Counted from the first letter of the stretch, positions 38,278 to 48,730 are shown. The stretch: DNA of 64,000 nucleotides from Geopsychrobacteraceae bacterium (GCA_963676795.2 CAXXTB010000002.1:32001-96000); one strand, 5' to 3'. Program-made: numbers and translations. Notes: a model not told the origin generated them from the sequence alone.

Positions 38278-38736
38278 CTACATGAGATTGTATTTGATCT
38301 CGACGAAAAATTGCCCCTGTTCAATGCTAAATGGAATAACAACCCTGCGACTGTCCTTCGGTGCTGAAATCGTGTAGGACTTGCCGGTGACAGTCGTCGG
38401 TATCGCCAGTTCCAAATCGATATCTTCGGTTGAAAAACGTTCCTTCAATCCTCCGGCCATCATGTTGGCGATTTCACCGAGGGCATCTTTCACGTCAGCG
38501 TCGATCTCTTCCAGTTCCATGCCGAGCATGCCACCGGCAATGGCCAGTCCTGTCGCTTCCGGGCAGTGGATGCTGAGCATGGCACTGATTGACCCGGTCA
38601 GGCCGATCATGGCAGAAACGTGACAATCAAGAACCTGCTTTCCTTCTTCGAGAGCCGGTTCCGGGCTGACGTCCATGAAAATCATGGTACTGAATATCTC
38701 TTCGGTAGTTTCTACGATTTTTTTAGCAAATTCCAC
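38278..38736 (-). CDS. cheX: Chemotaxis phosphatase CheX
   Basis: SAMIGLTG, DALGEIANMMAG, LAIPT.V.G. Confidence 0.85.
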   Translation of the reverse strand: MEFAKKIVETTEEIFSTMIFMDVSPEPALEEGKQVLDCHVSAMIGLTGSISAMLSIHCPEATGLAIAGGMLGMELEEIDADVKDALGEIANMMAGGLKERFSTEDIDLELAIPTTVTGKSYTISAPKDSRRVVIPFSIEQGQFFVEIKYNLM

Positions 38737-38774
38737 AGGAATCTCTCAGTCTCTGGTGGTTGATCGGAAAAGTC

Positions 38775-39233
38775 TCAATCCTGACGGAACTGAAGCTCAA
38801 CCAGGAAGTTATCGCCATTGAAACTGAACGGGACCGTCACCGTCTGCGAATTGGCCAGGCAGTCGATCGAGTACTCTTCCCCGTGAACAGCAGATGGCAT
38901 CGACAGCTTGATGTCACTGCCGCTCGGGTCGAGCGCCGATTTCAGGTTGCCGGCAACCATGTTGGCCAGTTCGCCGATGGCATCACGGACATCATCGTCG
39001 ATCTCCTCAACCTCCATGCCGAGAAAAGCTGTTGTGACTGCAAGTGCTGCACTGTTCGGCAGGTGAATGGCGAGCAGGCCCTTTGTTGATCCCGCCAGGC
39101 CGATAATGCCGGAAATGCTGTTTCTCAATGGCTCATGGGCCCGTTCATAGGGCTGTCCTGGCGTGACTTCGAGCATGATCATGCTCGAGAAAATTTCCTG
39201 GGTAGAGTCAATTATATACTGAGCGTGCTCCAC
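38775..39233 (-). CDS. cheX: Chemotaxis phosphatase CheX
   Basis: SGIIGLAG, DAIGELANMVAG, LSMPS.V.G. Confidence 0.85.
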   Translation of the reverse strand: MEHAQYIIDSTQEIFSSMIMLEVTPGQPYERAHEPLRNSISGIIGLAGSTKGLLAIHLPNSAALAVTTAFLGMEVEEIDDDVRDAIGELANMVAGNLKSALDPSGSDIKLSMPSAVHGEEYSIDCLANSQTVTVPFSFNGDNFLVELQFRQD

Positions 39234-39296
39234 GAAAAGCTCCTTCTTGTGCCGGCTGTCGATCCTGTCGACAGCCGGGCCTGGCGGGTTTGATTG

Positions 39297-39668
39297 TTAG
39301 AGAAGTGCGCCAAGGGTTTCATTGATCATTTCCGGGGTAAAGGGCTTTTTGATCGCACCTTTGGCACCGTATGATTTGGCTTCATCGATGATATCGGCAC
39401 CGGTCTCTGTAGAGATCATGATGACCGGAATATCCTTGATCGCGGCATTCTCCGATTTGGCCTTGAGAAATTCCAGGCCGTTCATGTTCGGCATGTTGAT
39501 ATCGCTGAGGATGATGTCGACCTTGTTGCCGCCAAGCACGTCGAGCGCTTCCTGGCCGTCACCGGCTTCGAGAATGGTGTCGAAATCGAGGCCAGCCTGA
39601 CGAAGGGAACGGGAAACAATCTTGCGCATGGTATTTGAATCATCGACAATGAGAACGGTTCTTCCCAT
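39297..39668 (-). CDS. cheY: CheY-like response regulator
   Basis: LIVDDS, SDINMPNMNG, IST, KKPF. Confidence 0.88.
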   Translation of the reverse strand: MGRTVLIVDDSNTMRKIVSRSLRQAGLDFDTILEAGDGQEALDVLGGNKVDIILSDINMPNMNGLEFLKAKSENAAIKDIPVIMISTETGADIIDEAKSYGAKGAIKKPFTPEMINETLGALL

Positions 39669-39718
39669 GTTATTTTCTCCTTTAAGCTATAAATGATTGA
39701 ATTGGTTATTCTCAGTCC

Positions 39719-40192
39719 CTACTGGTTCATTGCGACCAGAGCGGGTCCTGAGGCGTAAATGAAAATTGGATCTTCATCCCCGGTCATCAATTTCCAGATG
39801 ACCGTTCCCGGTTCGGCTGCGGGCAGCTCGTCTTCACCGATTTCCGGCAGGCCCAGTTTGTATTGCTGGTCATCCGGCAGCAGATTGGTCATGAACAGCC
39901 CGGCGACGGTGTTGACGATTTCGTTGAGGATGTCGTTCATCTGTGATTCGGTCAGTTCTTCCTCGTCAATTCCAAAAATATTGCATGACAGTTTTTTCAG
40001 CAGAGCGCCCGACATGGCCAGACGGATCTCCCCCTGGACCGGGTCATTGATCAGCAGACTGGTCCAGACCGTTTCTTGCGCCGGAATTTCATAATCCGGG
40101 TCGAAATGCTCCATTACTTCCATGAACGCCATGTTTTCGAGGGTCTGGCTGACTGCTGTCATCATGGCGTTATACATCGATTGTTCACCCAT
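39719..40192 (-). CDS. CheX-like protein
   Basis: TLENMAF, DILNEIVNTVAG (ExxN), LGLP. Confidence 0.7.
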   Translation of the reverse strand: MGEQSMYNAMMTAVSQTLENMAFMEVMEHFDPDYEIPAQETVWTSLLINDPVQGEIRLAMSGALLKKLSCNIFGIDEEELTESQMNDILNEIVNTVAGLFMTNLLPDDQQYKLGLPEIGEDELPAAEPGTVIWKLMTGDEDPIFIYASGPALVAMNQ

Positions 40193-40216
40193 GTATATGT
40201 TCTCCCGCTAGATAGA

Positions 40217-40591
40217 TTAAGAATCGATAAATTCCGAAAGGGCGTCCATCATCACCGGAGGTGAGACCGGTTTGTTCAGGACCCGATAAACTCCGAGTTC
40301 AAGAAGTTGATGCTCCTTGGCCGGATTCCCGGCACTGGTGATGACGATGATCGGGACCTCGCACAGTCTGGGGTTGGCCTTGACCCACTTGACCAGGGTT
40401 TCGCCATCCATAACCGGCATATTCAGGTCGGTCAGGATCAGGTCGACATCCTGGGCCTTGGCTGCGGTAAGGGCTTCCTTACCGTTCTCCACCTCGATCA
40501 ACTCAGCGTCACCGAGACCAACGATGCTCAGACAGCGCTTGATGAACATTCTGGCGGTTGCTGAATCGTCTGCGATGATAATTCGTTTCAT
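40217..40591 (-). CDS. CheY-like response regulator
   Basis: IIADDS, TDLNMPVMDG, ITS, NKP. Confidence 0.88.
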   Translation of the reverse strand: MKRIIIADDSATARMFIKRCLSIVGLGDAELIEVENGKEALTAAKAQDVDLILTDLNMPVMDGETLVKWVKANPRLCEVPIIVITSAGNPAKEHQLLELGVYRVLNKPVSPPVMMDALSEFIDS

Positions 40592-41472
40592 TGGCTTTGC
40601 TCTCCCGGACCGTTCATCGATCCTTCAAGTTTTTCAAATTCCATATCAACAGCTAGCATAACTTTTGACAAGGCGTTGGGGCTGACCTTGATATAATTCT
40701 TGTAGCCCGGATCCAGCTTGTAGCGCATACTGTCAGCGCCAGTGCCGAAGCCGCCGAGCATGGCGATACTGTCGCCGAGATGGACGGCATAAACCAGTGG
40801 CCGGTATTCTTCCGCAGCCTTTTCCGGTTCATGGTGATAGAGAATCGCTTCGGCCAGCTCGTCAGGTAATTGCCAGGCTTTGGCCAGTTCATATCCCGCC
40901 TGGGTATGGTTGAAGCCGATCAGTTTTTCTTCGGCTTCCAGGTAGTCCGGGCTGTCTTCACCGTTTAACAGCGCAATCGCTTCCGGAACTGAACCCTGCA
41001 GGTAGTCGGAGATCAGCGATTTGCCGATGTCATGGAGCAGGCCGGCTGTGAAAGCGAGCTCGGCGCTGATTCCTTCCGCTTTACACTCGACGACAATTTC
41101 ACGCGCCGCAATAGCTGCCCTGAGGTCGTGTTTCCAGAGGGAGCCGCTGGTCGATTCATAGCCGCTCAGTTCCTTGGTGAACAGTTTACCTGCACAATCG
41201 CCGAGGGCGATACCGACAACGATCCGTTCACCGAGATAGGAGACGGCGCGATCGATCGAAGACACCTTGCTGACCAGGCTGAAGGCCGCCGAGTTGACGA
41301 CCTTGAGGACACGGGCCGTCAGGTTCGCGTCAAACTTGACCAGATTGATGATGTCCACCAGATCGTGATCGGCCTGTGCCGCGACCTGGAGCAGCCGGCT
41401 GGCACTGGGTGACAACATGGGAACCGCCTTAACAATCTTCTGTAGCTCTTCTTGAGTTATCAGTTGTGTCAT
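40588..41472 (-). CDS. HDOD domain protein
   Basis: LTARVLKVVNSA, LWKH, AFTAGLLHDIGK, WQLP, YHHEP. Confidence 0.9.
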   Translation of the reverse strand: MTQLITQEELQKIVKAVPMLSPSASRLLQVAAQADHDLVDIINLVKFDANLTARVLKVVNSAAFSLVSKVSSIDRAVSYLGERIVVGIALGDCAGKLFTKELSGYESTSGSLWKHDLRAAIAAREIVVECKAEGISAELAFTAGLLHDIGKSLISDYLQGSVPEAIALLNGEDSPDYLEAEEKLIGFNHTQAGYELAKAWQLPDELAEAILYHHEPEKAAEEYRPLVYAVHLGDSIAMLGGFGTGADSMRYKLDPGYKNYIKVSPNALSKVMLAVDMEFEKLEGSMNGPGEQSQ

Positions 41473-41482
41473 GTGGTTCCTC

Positions 41483-41971
41483 CTATAGCAGCCAGTTCGG
41501 CTTGCCGGGCGAGCTCAGGGTGATCTGCCCGGCAGAGACTGAAATCGAAACGGTGCGACTGTAGTTGCCACCAAGATCTTCAGAAACAGCCCCCATTCCG
41601 TAAGACCAGAGGATTTTTTTGATAGCCAGGGCGTTCCGCTTGCCGATCTGGAACGTGTCGTTGGCATCCATGACGTTAGCACCACCGCACAGTTTGACGA
41701 TCATCCCTTTGCCGCGTTTGTCGCAGCCGAAGGTCGCCATCTTTTCCAGCAGTGCCGGAATCGCCGTGTCGGCAAAATAACCTGGTTTTTCAGCTGCTTT
41801 AGCCTTGTTAATAGAGGAATCAGGCAGGGCGACGTGAGCCATGCCGACCGTTCTGGTTTTTGGATCGAGCAGGATGACGGAGACACAGGATCCCAGAGCG
41901 AAGGTTTTTACATCGTCGCCAGGTGTGTTCGATGCGCCGTAATCACCGACCCCTAAAATTATTTGACCCAT
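41483..41971 (-). CDS. cheD: Chemoreceptor glutamine deamidase CheD
   Basis: LGSCVSV, MAHVALP, FADTAI, GGA, IGKRN, EDLGG. Confidence 0.92.
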   Translation of the reverse strand: MGQIILGVGDYGASNTPGDDVKTFALGSCVSVILLDPKTRTVGMAHVALPDSSINKAKAAEKPGYFADTAIPALLEKMATFGCDKRGKGMIVKLCGGANVMDANDTFQIGKRNALAIKKILWSYGMGAVSEDLGGNYSRTVSISVSAGQITLSSPGKPNWLL

Positions 41972-43030
41972 CTATTTCTTCTCCGTAAGCAGATTCAGGA
42001 GCGAAGCGGCGATGTTGGACAACGGCACCAGCTTGCTAGCCCCCCCCTTTTCGTACGCAACCTTGGGCATGCCGAAGACGACAGATGAGGCTTCGTCCTG
42101 GGCGATGCACTTGGCTCCTGCTTCTTTCATGGCCAGCATGCCGTCCGAGCCGTCAGCGCCCATGCCGGTGAGCATGGCGCCAACCGCATTGCTGCCGACA
42201 TGCTTGGCGACAGAATGCATCATGACGTCGACCGAAGGACAGTGGCCGCTGAACTTGTCTGTTCCGCCGAGGCGCACGACATAAAATCCGCCGGAGCGGA
42301 CGACTTCCAGTTGGCGGCCGCCCGGAGCAATCAGGACCAGACCGGTACGGATCCGGTCGCCATCCTCAGCTTCCTTGACCTGCATCGGGCAGAGCTGGTT
42401 GAGGCGTTCGGCGAACATCTTGGTAAATCCGCTTGGCATGTGCTGAACGATGATCGTTCCCGCCGTCGACGCCGGAAATTTTTCGATAACCTGGCGGATC
42501 GCCTCGGTTCCTCCTGTCGATGCACCGATGGCGATGACCTTGTCGGTTGATTCGGCCAGGGCGCTGGGGGGCACTGCGCTACGAGCTGCTGTCGGCGCAA
42601 CGACCTTGCCTTTCCAGTGAGAAACATTGGCCGTTGAGGCGATTTTGACCTTGGTCCTCAGCTCGGTCAGCATGGCGTTGAGGCCTGCCGTTACGTTGGA
42701 GGTCGGTTTGGCTACAAAATCCACGGCGCCGGCTTCGAGGGCCTCCATGGTGATCTGCTTGCCCCGCTGGGTCAGGGAGCTGACCATGACCACGGGGATC
42801 GGGTACTGCGGCATCAGGCGGCGCAAAAAGGCAACTCCATCCATGCGCGGCATTTCAACATCGAGGGTCAGGACGTCCGGCTGCAATTCAACAATCTTAT
42901 CCCTGGCGCTGTAAGGATCGGCTGCCGTGCCGACAACCTCCAGGGCCGGGTCCGCTGAAAGACCCTGCTTGAGAATGTTTCTCACCAGAGCGGAGTCGTC
43001 AACGATGAGGACACGGATTCTTTTTGTCAT
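41972..43030 (-). CDS. cheB: Chemotaxis response regulator methylesterase
   Basis: Receiver domain plus IGASTGG, VQHMP, PSVD, LTGMGADG. Confidence 0.96.
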   Translation of the reverse strand: MTKRIRVLIVDDSALVRNILKQGLSADPALEVVGTAADPYSARDKIVELQPDVLTLDVEMPRMDGVAFLRRLMPQYPIPVVMVSSLTQRGKQITMEALEAGAVDFVAKPTSNVTAGLNAMLTELRTKVKIASTANVSHWKGKVVAPTAARSAVPPSALAESTDKVIAIGASTGGTEAIRQVIEKFPASTAGTIIVQHMPSGFTKMFAERLNQLCPMQVKEAEDGDRIRTGLVLIAPGGRQLEVVRSGGFYVVRLGGTDKFSGHCPSVDVMMHSVAKHVGSNAVGAMLTGMGADGSDGMLAMKEAGAKCIAQDEASSVVFGMPKVAYEKGGASKLVPLSNIAASLLNLLTEKK

Positions 43031-43893
43031 ATGGTCCCCCCTTTCTGGTAAAGAGCCGGCTTGAGATACTTGTAGAGGGTCTGGTTGCGTCCAAGAGTCT
43101 CAGAGTGACCGATGAACAGGTAGCCACCCGACTCTGTAAATTTGTGATATCTGGAGACCAGGGCATCACGGGTTGGCTGATCAAAATAAATCATCACATT
43201 ACGACAGAAAATCATCTGAAAAGGTTTCTTGAACGGAAAGGTCGTGTTCATCAGGTTGAAGCGCCGGAAGGTCGCCTCCCTTTTCAGTTTGTCATTGACC
43301 ATCATTTCGTCAGGACCTGATTTGACGAAATACTTTTTCCACAGGCCGTCCGGCAATTGCTGCACGCGGTCGACACTGTAGGCACCTCGCCGGGCGATGG
43401 TCAGGGCCCGGTCCGAGATGTCTGTGGCCAGGATTCCAGCGTCCCATGAGCTGTATTCCGTGCCGAGATGTTCCATCATCAGCATCAGCAGGGTGTAGGG
43501 TTCTTCACCGGTCGAGCAGCCGGCACACCAGATGCGCAGGTCCTTGCGGTTCTGCTGCTTGAGACTGGTGATCACCGCAGGAAGCGCAACCTGGGAAAAG
43601 TATTCGAAGTGTTCCTTCTCCCGATTGAAGTAGGTATGGTTGGTCGAAATCAGGTCGACCAGCTCTCCCAGCGCGCCTTCCGTTTTGTCGGTCTTCAGGT
43701 ACTCGTAGTAGTCGGTGAAGGTCGCCAGGTTCCTGTTGCGCATCAGCTTCTGTAAACGACCGACCAGCAGCGAACGCTTCTGCTCGGTCAGGTTGATACC
43801 GAAACGCTGGTGGATCAGATCGCGCAACTGAGCGAATTCCGTTGCGGTAATCTCCATCAAAGAGCCAGTGGTGGGCTGATCGTCGTATGTCAT
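43027..43893 (-). CDS. cheR: Chemotaxis methyltransferase
   Basis: TN.TYFNRE..HF, WCAGCSTGEEPY, ATDIS, IFCRNVMIYFD, GHSE. Confidence 0.96.
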   Translation of the reverse strand: MTYDDQPTTGSLMEITATEFAQLRDLIHQRFGINLTEQKRSLLVGRLQKLMRNRNLATFTDYYEYLKTDKTEGALGELVDLISTNHTYFNREKEHFEYFSQVALPAVITSLKQQNRKDLRIWCAGCSTGEEPYTLLMLMMEHLGTEYSSWDAGILATDISDRALTIARRGAYSVDRVQQLPDGLWKKYFVKSGPDEMMVNDKLKREATFRRFNLMNTTFPFKKPFQMIFCRNVMIYFDQPTRDALVSRYHKFTESGGYLFIGHSETLGRNQTLYKYLKPALYQKGGTI

Positions 43894-43906
43894 CGGTCCC
43901 TGTCAA

Positions 43907-44407
43907 TCAGTCTTCGAGAGTCGCAGCGAGTTCCTGCATCTCTCCACTGAAAAGAAGTTTGTGAACGTCGAGCAGGATTTTGACCGAATTGTTGATCTTG
44001 CCCATCCCCTGGATATAGCTGTCTTCGGCGTTGCGGCTGGTTCTTGGCGCCGGTTCGACATTGGCTTCGGGAATATCGGCAACCTCGCTGACCTCATCGA
44101 CGACCAGACCGACCTCCGTCCCTTCGACATTGACAACGATGATACAGGTGCGGTCGTCATATTCGCGGTCTGACAGGCCGAAGCGGGCTCTGACGTCCAT
44201 GACCGGGATGACCTTGCCGCGCAGGTTGATGACACCGCGGATGAACGCCGGCATGTCGGGAACATCGGTGATGTTCTGAATGCCGATAATTTCTATGACA
44301 TAGCGAATTTCAATACCGTAATCCTCACCGGCCAGATGGAAGGTGAGATATTTGTCGCGCTGGGTATCCTCGTTGTCGATGTGGGTCAATGTTGTTTCTT
44401 CAGCCAT
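43907..44407 (-). CDS. cheW: Chemotaxis coupling protein CheW
   Basis: YLTFHL..EDYGI, GVINLRGKVIPV, GLVVDEVSEV; ATG at 44407 with a GGAGGA RBS. Confidence 0.94.
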   Translation of the reverse strand: MAEETTLTHIDNEDTQRDKYLTFHLAGEDYGIEIRYVIEIIGIQNITDVPDMPAFIRGVINLRGKVIPVMDVRARFGLSDREYDDRTCIIVVNVEGTEVGLVVDEVSEVADIPEANVEPAPRTSRNAEDSYIQGMGKINNSVKILLDVHKLLFSGEMQELAATLED

Positions 44408-44423
44408 GGTGTCCTCCTTTGCT

Positions 44424-46718
44424 TTATGCGTCTTCAGATTCCGAGTCAAAATTCTTGCGGTCAGCCGATTCGACCAGTGTACCGACATCGAGGATCAGGC
44501 TGACGCCGCCATCGCCAAGGATGGTACAGCCTGAGACGCCCTGGACGTTGCCGATGAAGTCGGAAAGGCCCTTGATGACGGTCTGCTGCTGACCTAGGAT
44601 CTCGTCGATGAAGAGACAGAAGCGGTTGTCCTGGTACTCGAGCACGATGAGGATGCCGTCCGACAGGGTTCTTGAGTCGGGCTCCTTACCGAGAATGTCA
44701 TGGAGTCTGACTATCGGGAAGAAGTTCTCACGGACTTTCGCCAGTTCCGCGCCATCTGGTGTGATGGTGATTTGCGACATCTCCGGACGGTAGGCTTCGA
44801 GGATCGACAGGGTCGGCACGATGCAGGTGGTTTCGCCAACGCGGACAATCATGCCGTCGATAATCGCCAGGGTCAGCGGAATTCGCAGGTTGATCCTGGT
44901 GCCCTGGCCGGGAACGCTGGTGACGTCGATCTTGCCCTTGATCTTTTCCAGGTTCTTTTTGACGACGTCCATACCGACGCCGCGCCCGGAAATGTCGGTG
45001 ATCTGGGCTGCGGTGGAGAACCCCGGGGCAAAGATCAGGTTGTTGATCTGCTTTTCCGTCATGTCGGAGCCGTCACCTTCGATCAAACCTTTGCTGATCG
45101 CTTTTTCCAGGATTCGCTGCTTGTTCAGGCCGCGGCCGTCATCCTCGATGGTGACCCAGACCTCCCCCTCTTCGTGACGGGCGGAGAGTTTGACCGTACC
45201 TTTTTCGTTCTTGCCGGAAGCAACGCGTTCCGCCGGTGGCTCCAGGCCGTGGTCGAGAGAGTTGCGCAGCAGGTGGACGAGCGGGTCGGTGATGGTTTCG
45301 ATAACCGTCTTGTCGATCTCGGTCTCCTCGCCGATCAGCTGCAGGTCGACCTTTTTGCCGGCCTTGACCGAAATATCGTGAACCAGGCGGATCATGCGCC
45401 GGAACAGGCCGGAAACCGGAATCATGCGGATGGTCATGGCCATTTCCTGCAGCTCACGCACCAGTTTGGACATGTGCTGGCCGGCTTTATTGAAGTTCTC
45501 CAACTGCAGGCCGCGCAGGTCGGGGTTGTGGATCAGCATGTTTTCGGCGATGACCAGCTCGCCGATCAGGTTGATCAGGTTATCCAGTTTCCCCAGCTCG
45601 ACTCGGATATCCTGGCGTTTTGCCGGTTCCTTGCTGCGTGCAGCGGGCTTGATATTGGCTTTGGCCTCGGTGAGCTTATCCTGCTGTTTTTTCAGCGCGC
45701 TGTCGATCTGCTGCTGCGATGCCTTACCCTTGTCGATGAGGATTTCCCCGACGTGCTTTTTCTGGGTCTTAACCGCATCGTCGATGGCATCGACTTCAAC
45801 CCCTTCTTCAACCAGGAAGTCGCCGAGCAGTGGAGCAAGCAGTTGGTTCAGCTCGGCCAGATGGGTCTCAATGGCGTCGATCTTGTCGCCTTTTCCCTCG
45901 GAAATGTTGTTGACCGTCTGCTGGAGAACATCGAGAGCGTTCAGCAGCAGGTCAGCAGGGTTGTCGTGAGCGAGTCGTGAGCCCGACTTGGCCCGGTCGA
46001 GGATGTTTTCCATCTGGTGGCTGAGCTTTTCCAGGTCGGCGAAACCGAAGAAGCCGCAGTTTCCTTTGAAGCTGTGGATATGACGAAAGATTTCTCCCAG
46101 GGAGTCACGGTCATCCGGAGTGTCGCCCCAGGCCAGCAGCCCCTGTTCCGTCTGCTGGAGCAGTTCGTTCCCTTCCTGAACAAAGCTGGCCCGCATCTCA
46201 TCGGTAATTTCCATGACCAGGTTGTCCGGGATGTCTGCCGGGACTCTGTCCGGTGTCTGCGCTGCAGCTTCTATGCTGGGCTCTTCAGCGGGAGCTTCCT
46301 CACCGCCACCCTTGGCAACTTCTATCGCGTGATGAAGTTGGCCGGAGATTTCATCGGCGCCCAAGGCCATGGCGTCATCGTTGTAGTTACTCTCGATCAT
46401 GTCGAGAGCTTCCTTGGCGAAGTCGCAGGAAGAGCAGAGCAGGTTGACATGATCCGGAACCAGGGTGATTTCTCCATTGCGAATCAGATCGAGCAGGTTC
46501 TCTGCTGCGTGAGCAACCCTGGTCAGATGATCGAATTCTAGAAATCCGGCGCTCCCTTTCATGGAATGGAAGAGACGGAAGATGGAGTTGATTGTTTCCG
46601 GGTCGCTGTTCTGTCCCAGCTCAATGATGGCAGGTTCCAGCTGCTCAATCATGTCACGGCTTTCCGTGACAAACTCCTGAATAATTTCAATCTGGTCGTC
46701 ATCGATGTGCATACTCAT
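44424..46718 (-). CDS. cheA: Chemotaxis histidine kinase CheA with two Hpt domains
   Basis: FHSMKGSAG and IHSFKGNCG; LDNLINLIGELVI, HLLRNSLDHG, DDGRG, SGRGVGMDVV, PLTLAII. Confidence 0.95.
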   Translation of the reverse strand: MSMHIDDDQIEIIQEFVTESRDMIEQLEPAIIELGQNSDPETINSIFRLFHSMKGSAGFLEFDHLTRVAHAAENLLDLIRNGEITLVPDHVNLLCSSCDFAKEALDMIESNYNDDAMALGADEISGQLHHAIEVAKGGGEEAPAEEPSIEAAAQTPDRVPADIPDNLVMEITDEMRASFVQEGNELLQQTEQGLLAWGDTPDDRDSLGEIFRHIHSFKGNCGFFGFADLEKLSHQMENILDRAKSGSRLAHDNPADLLLNALDVLQQTVNNISEGKGDKIDAIETHLAELNQLLAPLLGDFLVEEGVEVDAIDDAVKTQKKHVGEILIDKGKASQQQIDSALKKQQDKLTEAKANIKPAARSKEPAKRQDIRVELGKLDNLINLIGELVIAENMLIHNPDLRGLQLENFNKAGQHMSKLVRELQEMAMTIRMIPVSGLFRRMIRLVHDISVKAGKKVDLQLIGEETEIDKTVIETITDPLVHLLRNSLDHGLEPPAERVASGKNEKGTVKLSARHEEGEVWVTIEDDGRGLNKQRILEKAISKGLIEGDGSDMTEKQINNLIFAPGFSTAAQITDISGRGVGMDVVKKNLEKIKGKIDVTSVPGQGTRINLRIPLTLAIIDGMIVRVGETTCIVPTLSILEAYRPEMSQITITPDGAELAKVRENFFPIVRLHDILGKEPDSRTLSDGILIVLEYQDNRFCLFIDEILGQQQTVIKGLSDFIGNVQGVSGCTILGDGGVSLILDVGTLVESADRKNFDSESEDA

Positions 46719-46916
46719 CGCCGGTCCTCGGTTCTGTCATGAAATGAGTTTGATAAAAATCATAGCAAATGAAACGGAATTATATAAAAAAATTAAAAAT
46801 AATTAAAGAGATAATAGTAATTTTTTTTCCTTCTGGCCCGTTGGCTGTCCGTCCTGCATATTAGTCACGATTTTACAATGGGTTAGGTTGATCGTTAGCT
46901 GTCATCTTTTCAGTTT

Positions 46917-46943
46917 TTATCGGCGCTTTCTTCAGGTCATAAG
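46917..46943 (-). promoter_or_regulatory. Possible sigma28 (FliA) promoter upstream of cheA
   Basis: Perfect GCCGATAA on the minus strand (46917-46924); the -35 match is weak. Confidence 0.35.
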
Positions 46944-46962
46944 TCCGCTGGCGGAGTTAAGC

Positions 46963-48657
46963 TCATCCCCGATCGCGAATCTGAAACATGTTGATCAGGT
47001 TTTTTAACTGAGCGCTCTGTTCGGCGAGTTTCTGGCTGACGGCAGCGCTTTCTTCCGCGTTTGCAGTTGTCTGCTGAATGATCTGATCGATCTGTTGCAT
47101 GCCGATATTGATCTGGCCAATGCTGTTGGCCTGCTCCTGACTTGAATCGGCAATGTTGCGGATCAGGTCATTGACCTGGCTGATCGAGGTAACAATTTCA
47201 TCGAGAGCCTGTGAGGTGCGTTCAGCAATCTGGGTGCCTTTACTGGTTTTGTCGACGGAACCGGCGATCAGTTCTGCTGTTTCCGCTGCCGCCTTCGCAC
47301 TGCGTGCTGCCAGGTTGCGGACTTCTTCGGCGACGACCGCAAATCCTTTGCCATGTTGTCCGGCGCGGGCGGCCTCAACAGCTGCATTGAGGGCCAGCAG
47401 GTTGGTCTGGAAAGCGATCTCGTCGATAACTTTGATAATTTTATTGATATTCTGGCCGGCCTGGTTGATCTCGCCCATGGCTTCAATCATCTCGGCCATG
47501 CGTTCGCTGCCGATCGTCGCTGTCTGGCTTGCCGTTTCGGCAAGTTGGGCGGCTTTCCTGGCATTCTCAGACGAGCTATCGGTCTGTTGGCCGATTTCAT
47601 TCATGGTGCTGCTGATCTGCTCTACTGAAGCGGCTGATGTTGCCGCTCCGTCAGAAAGTGAGATTGCATTTTCACTGACCTGGGCGCTGCCATTGGCGAT
47701 CTGGGTGACTGCATTCTGAATTTCGCCAATCATCGCACTCAGATCATGACCGAGGGTCTGAATGGAAATACGCAGGGAATCGTCCTGCCCGTGGGGGGAG
47801 ATGTCGATGGTGAGATCTTTGGCCGCGAGCCGTTGCAGAGGGAAGACAATGTCTTTCTGCAGGCTGTCGGCCAGCTTGTCGAGGGTGCCTGCCGTTTCGC
47901 CGATTATGTCGCGCTGTCTGAAGCCAAGACGCCGGGTCAGTCGGCCATGACTGATATCGTTCAGCAAGGCTCTGACGCCATTGAGGGGAGACATGATCAT
48001 TCTGCGCAGCATGACAAAGAGCACCAGCCAGGTGATCGCGAGGCTGATGACGGCAATGCTGATATTGCTGGTCAGACTGGAGGAGGTTGCTCTGCTGAGA
48101 ATGCTCGCGGAGTGCTGCACCTCTTTGTTGAGGACCTCCAGGCTGTAATTGACGTAGAGAATACCCGCCAGCTGCCCTTTGATGGCATCATCATGACAAT
48201 CGAGGCATTTTTCTTCAAACATGTTGCTTTGGGCAATGAGCAAGCTTTCGGTGGATTCCGTTTCCAGCTTGATCGGCTCTGTCTGGCTGGTGATCTTGAT
48301 CTGATCCTGTGGCTGGCCGATTTTTTGCGAATTGCTCGAGTAGCTGACCCTGCCTTGCGGATTGATCAGGCCGACTTCCTCTACCCCCGGTACTGCGCCA
48401 AGGCTGCTGAGAAGTTCGGCGAAGGTCTCCATCTCGCCCTGTTCGAGGGACGCCCTGGTCCCGATTGAGAGGCTGGCAAAGATGCTGCGGGCCTGGTTGT
48501 GTACAGCTTCCCGCAGGGTGGCTGTTCCTTCGGATGAGAGTTCCTGCATGAGAGCGCGGGAGCGAAGCGTCGTGATCGTGAAACCGACGCCAAGGACAAT
48601 GATCAGGAGAAGGCAAAGGGTTCCGCTGATTTTGCTTTGCAGGCTTCTGAAATTCAT
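46963..48657 (-). CDS. Methyl-accepting chemotaxis protein with a periplasmic heme-c motif
   Basis: Two TM helices, CLDCH in the periplasmic part, [36 protein letters not shown]. Confidence 0.93.
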   Translation of the reverse strand: MNFRSLQSKISGTLCLLLIIVLGVGFTITTLRSRALMQELSSEGTATLREAVHNQARSIFASLSIGTRASLEQGEMETFAELLSSLGAVPGVEEVGLINPQGRVSYSSNSQKIGQPQDQIKITSQTEPIKLETESTESLLIAQSNMFEEKCLDCHDDAIKGQLAGILYVNYSLEVLNKEVQHSASILSRATSSSLTSNISIAVISLAITWLVLFVMLRRMIMSPLNGVRALLNDISHGRLTRRLGFRQRDIIGETAGTLDKLADSLQKDIVFPLQRLAAKDLTIDISPHGQDDSLRISIQTLGHDLSAMIGEIQNAVTQIANGSAQVSENAISLSDGAATSAASVEQISSTMNEIGQQTDSSSENARKAAQLAETASQTATIGSERMAEMIEAMGEINQAGQNINKIIKVIDEIAFQTNLLALNAAVEAARAGQHGKGFAVVAEEVRNLAARSAKAAAETAELIAGSVDKTSKGTQIAERTSQALDEIVTSISQVNDLIRNIADSSQEQANSIGQINIGMQQIDQIIQQTTANAEESAAVSQKLAEQSAQLKNLINMFQIRDRG

Positions 48658-48730
48658 AGTCCCTCACTAAAGTTATGAGTGAATGCTTTCCGCGGGGATC
48701 CACTCAGAGAGATAGTTTATCTCAATAACT

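Noticed and set aside
39252..39278. Perfect 11-bp hairpin between cheY and cheX as a terminator
   Set aside because: No U-tract on the coding (minus) strand and it lies inside an apparent operon; at most an mRNA stability element.
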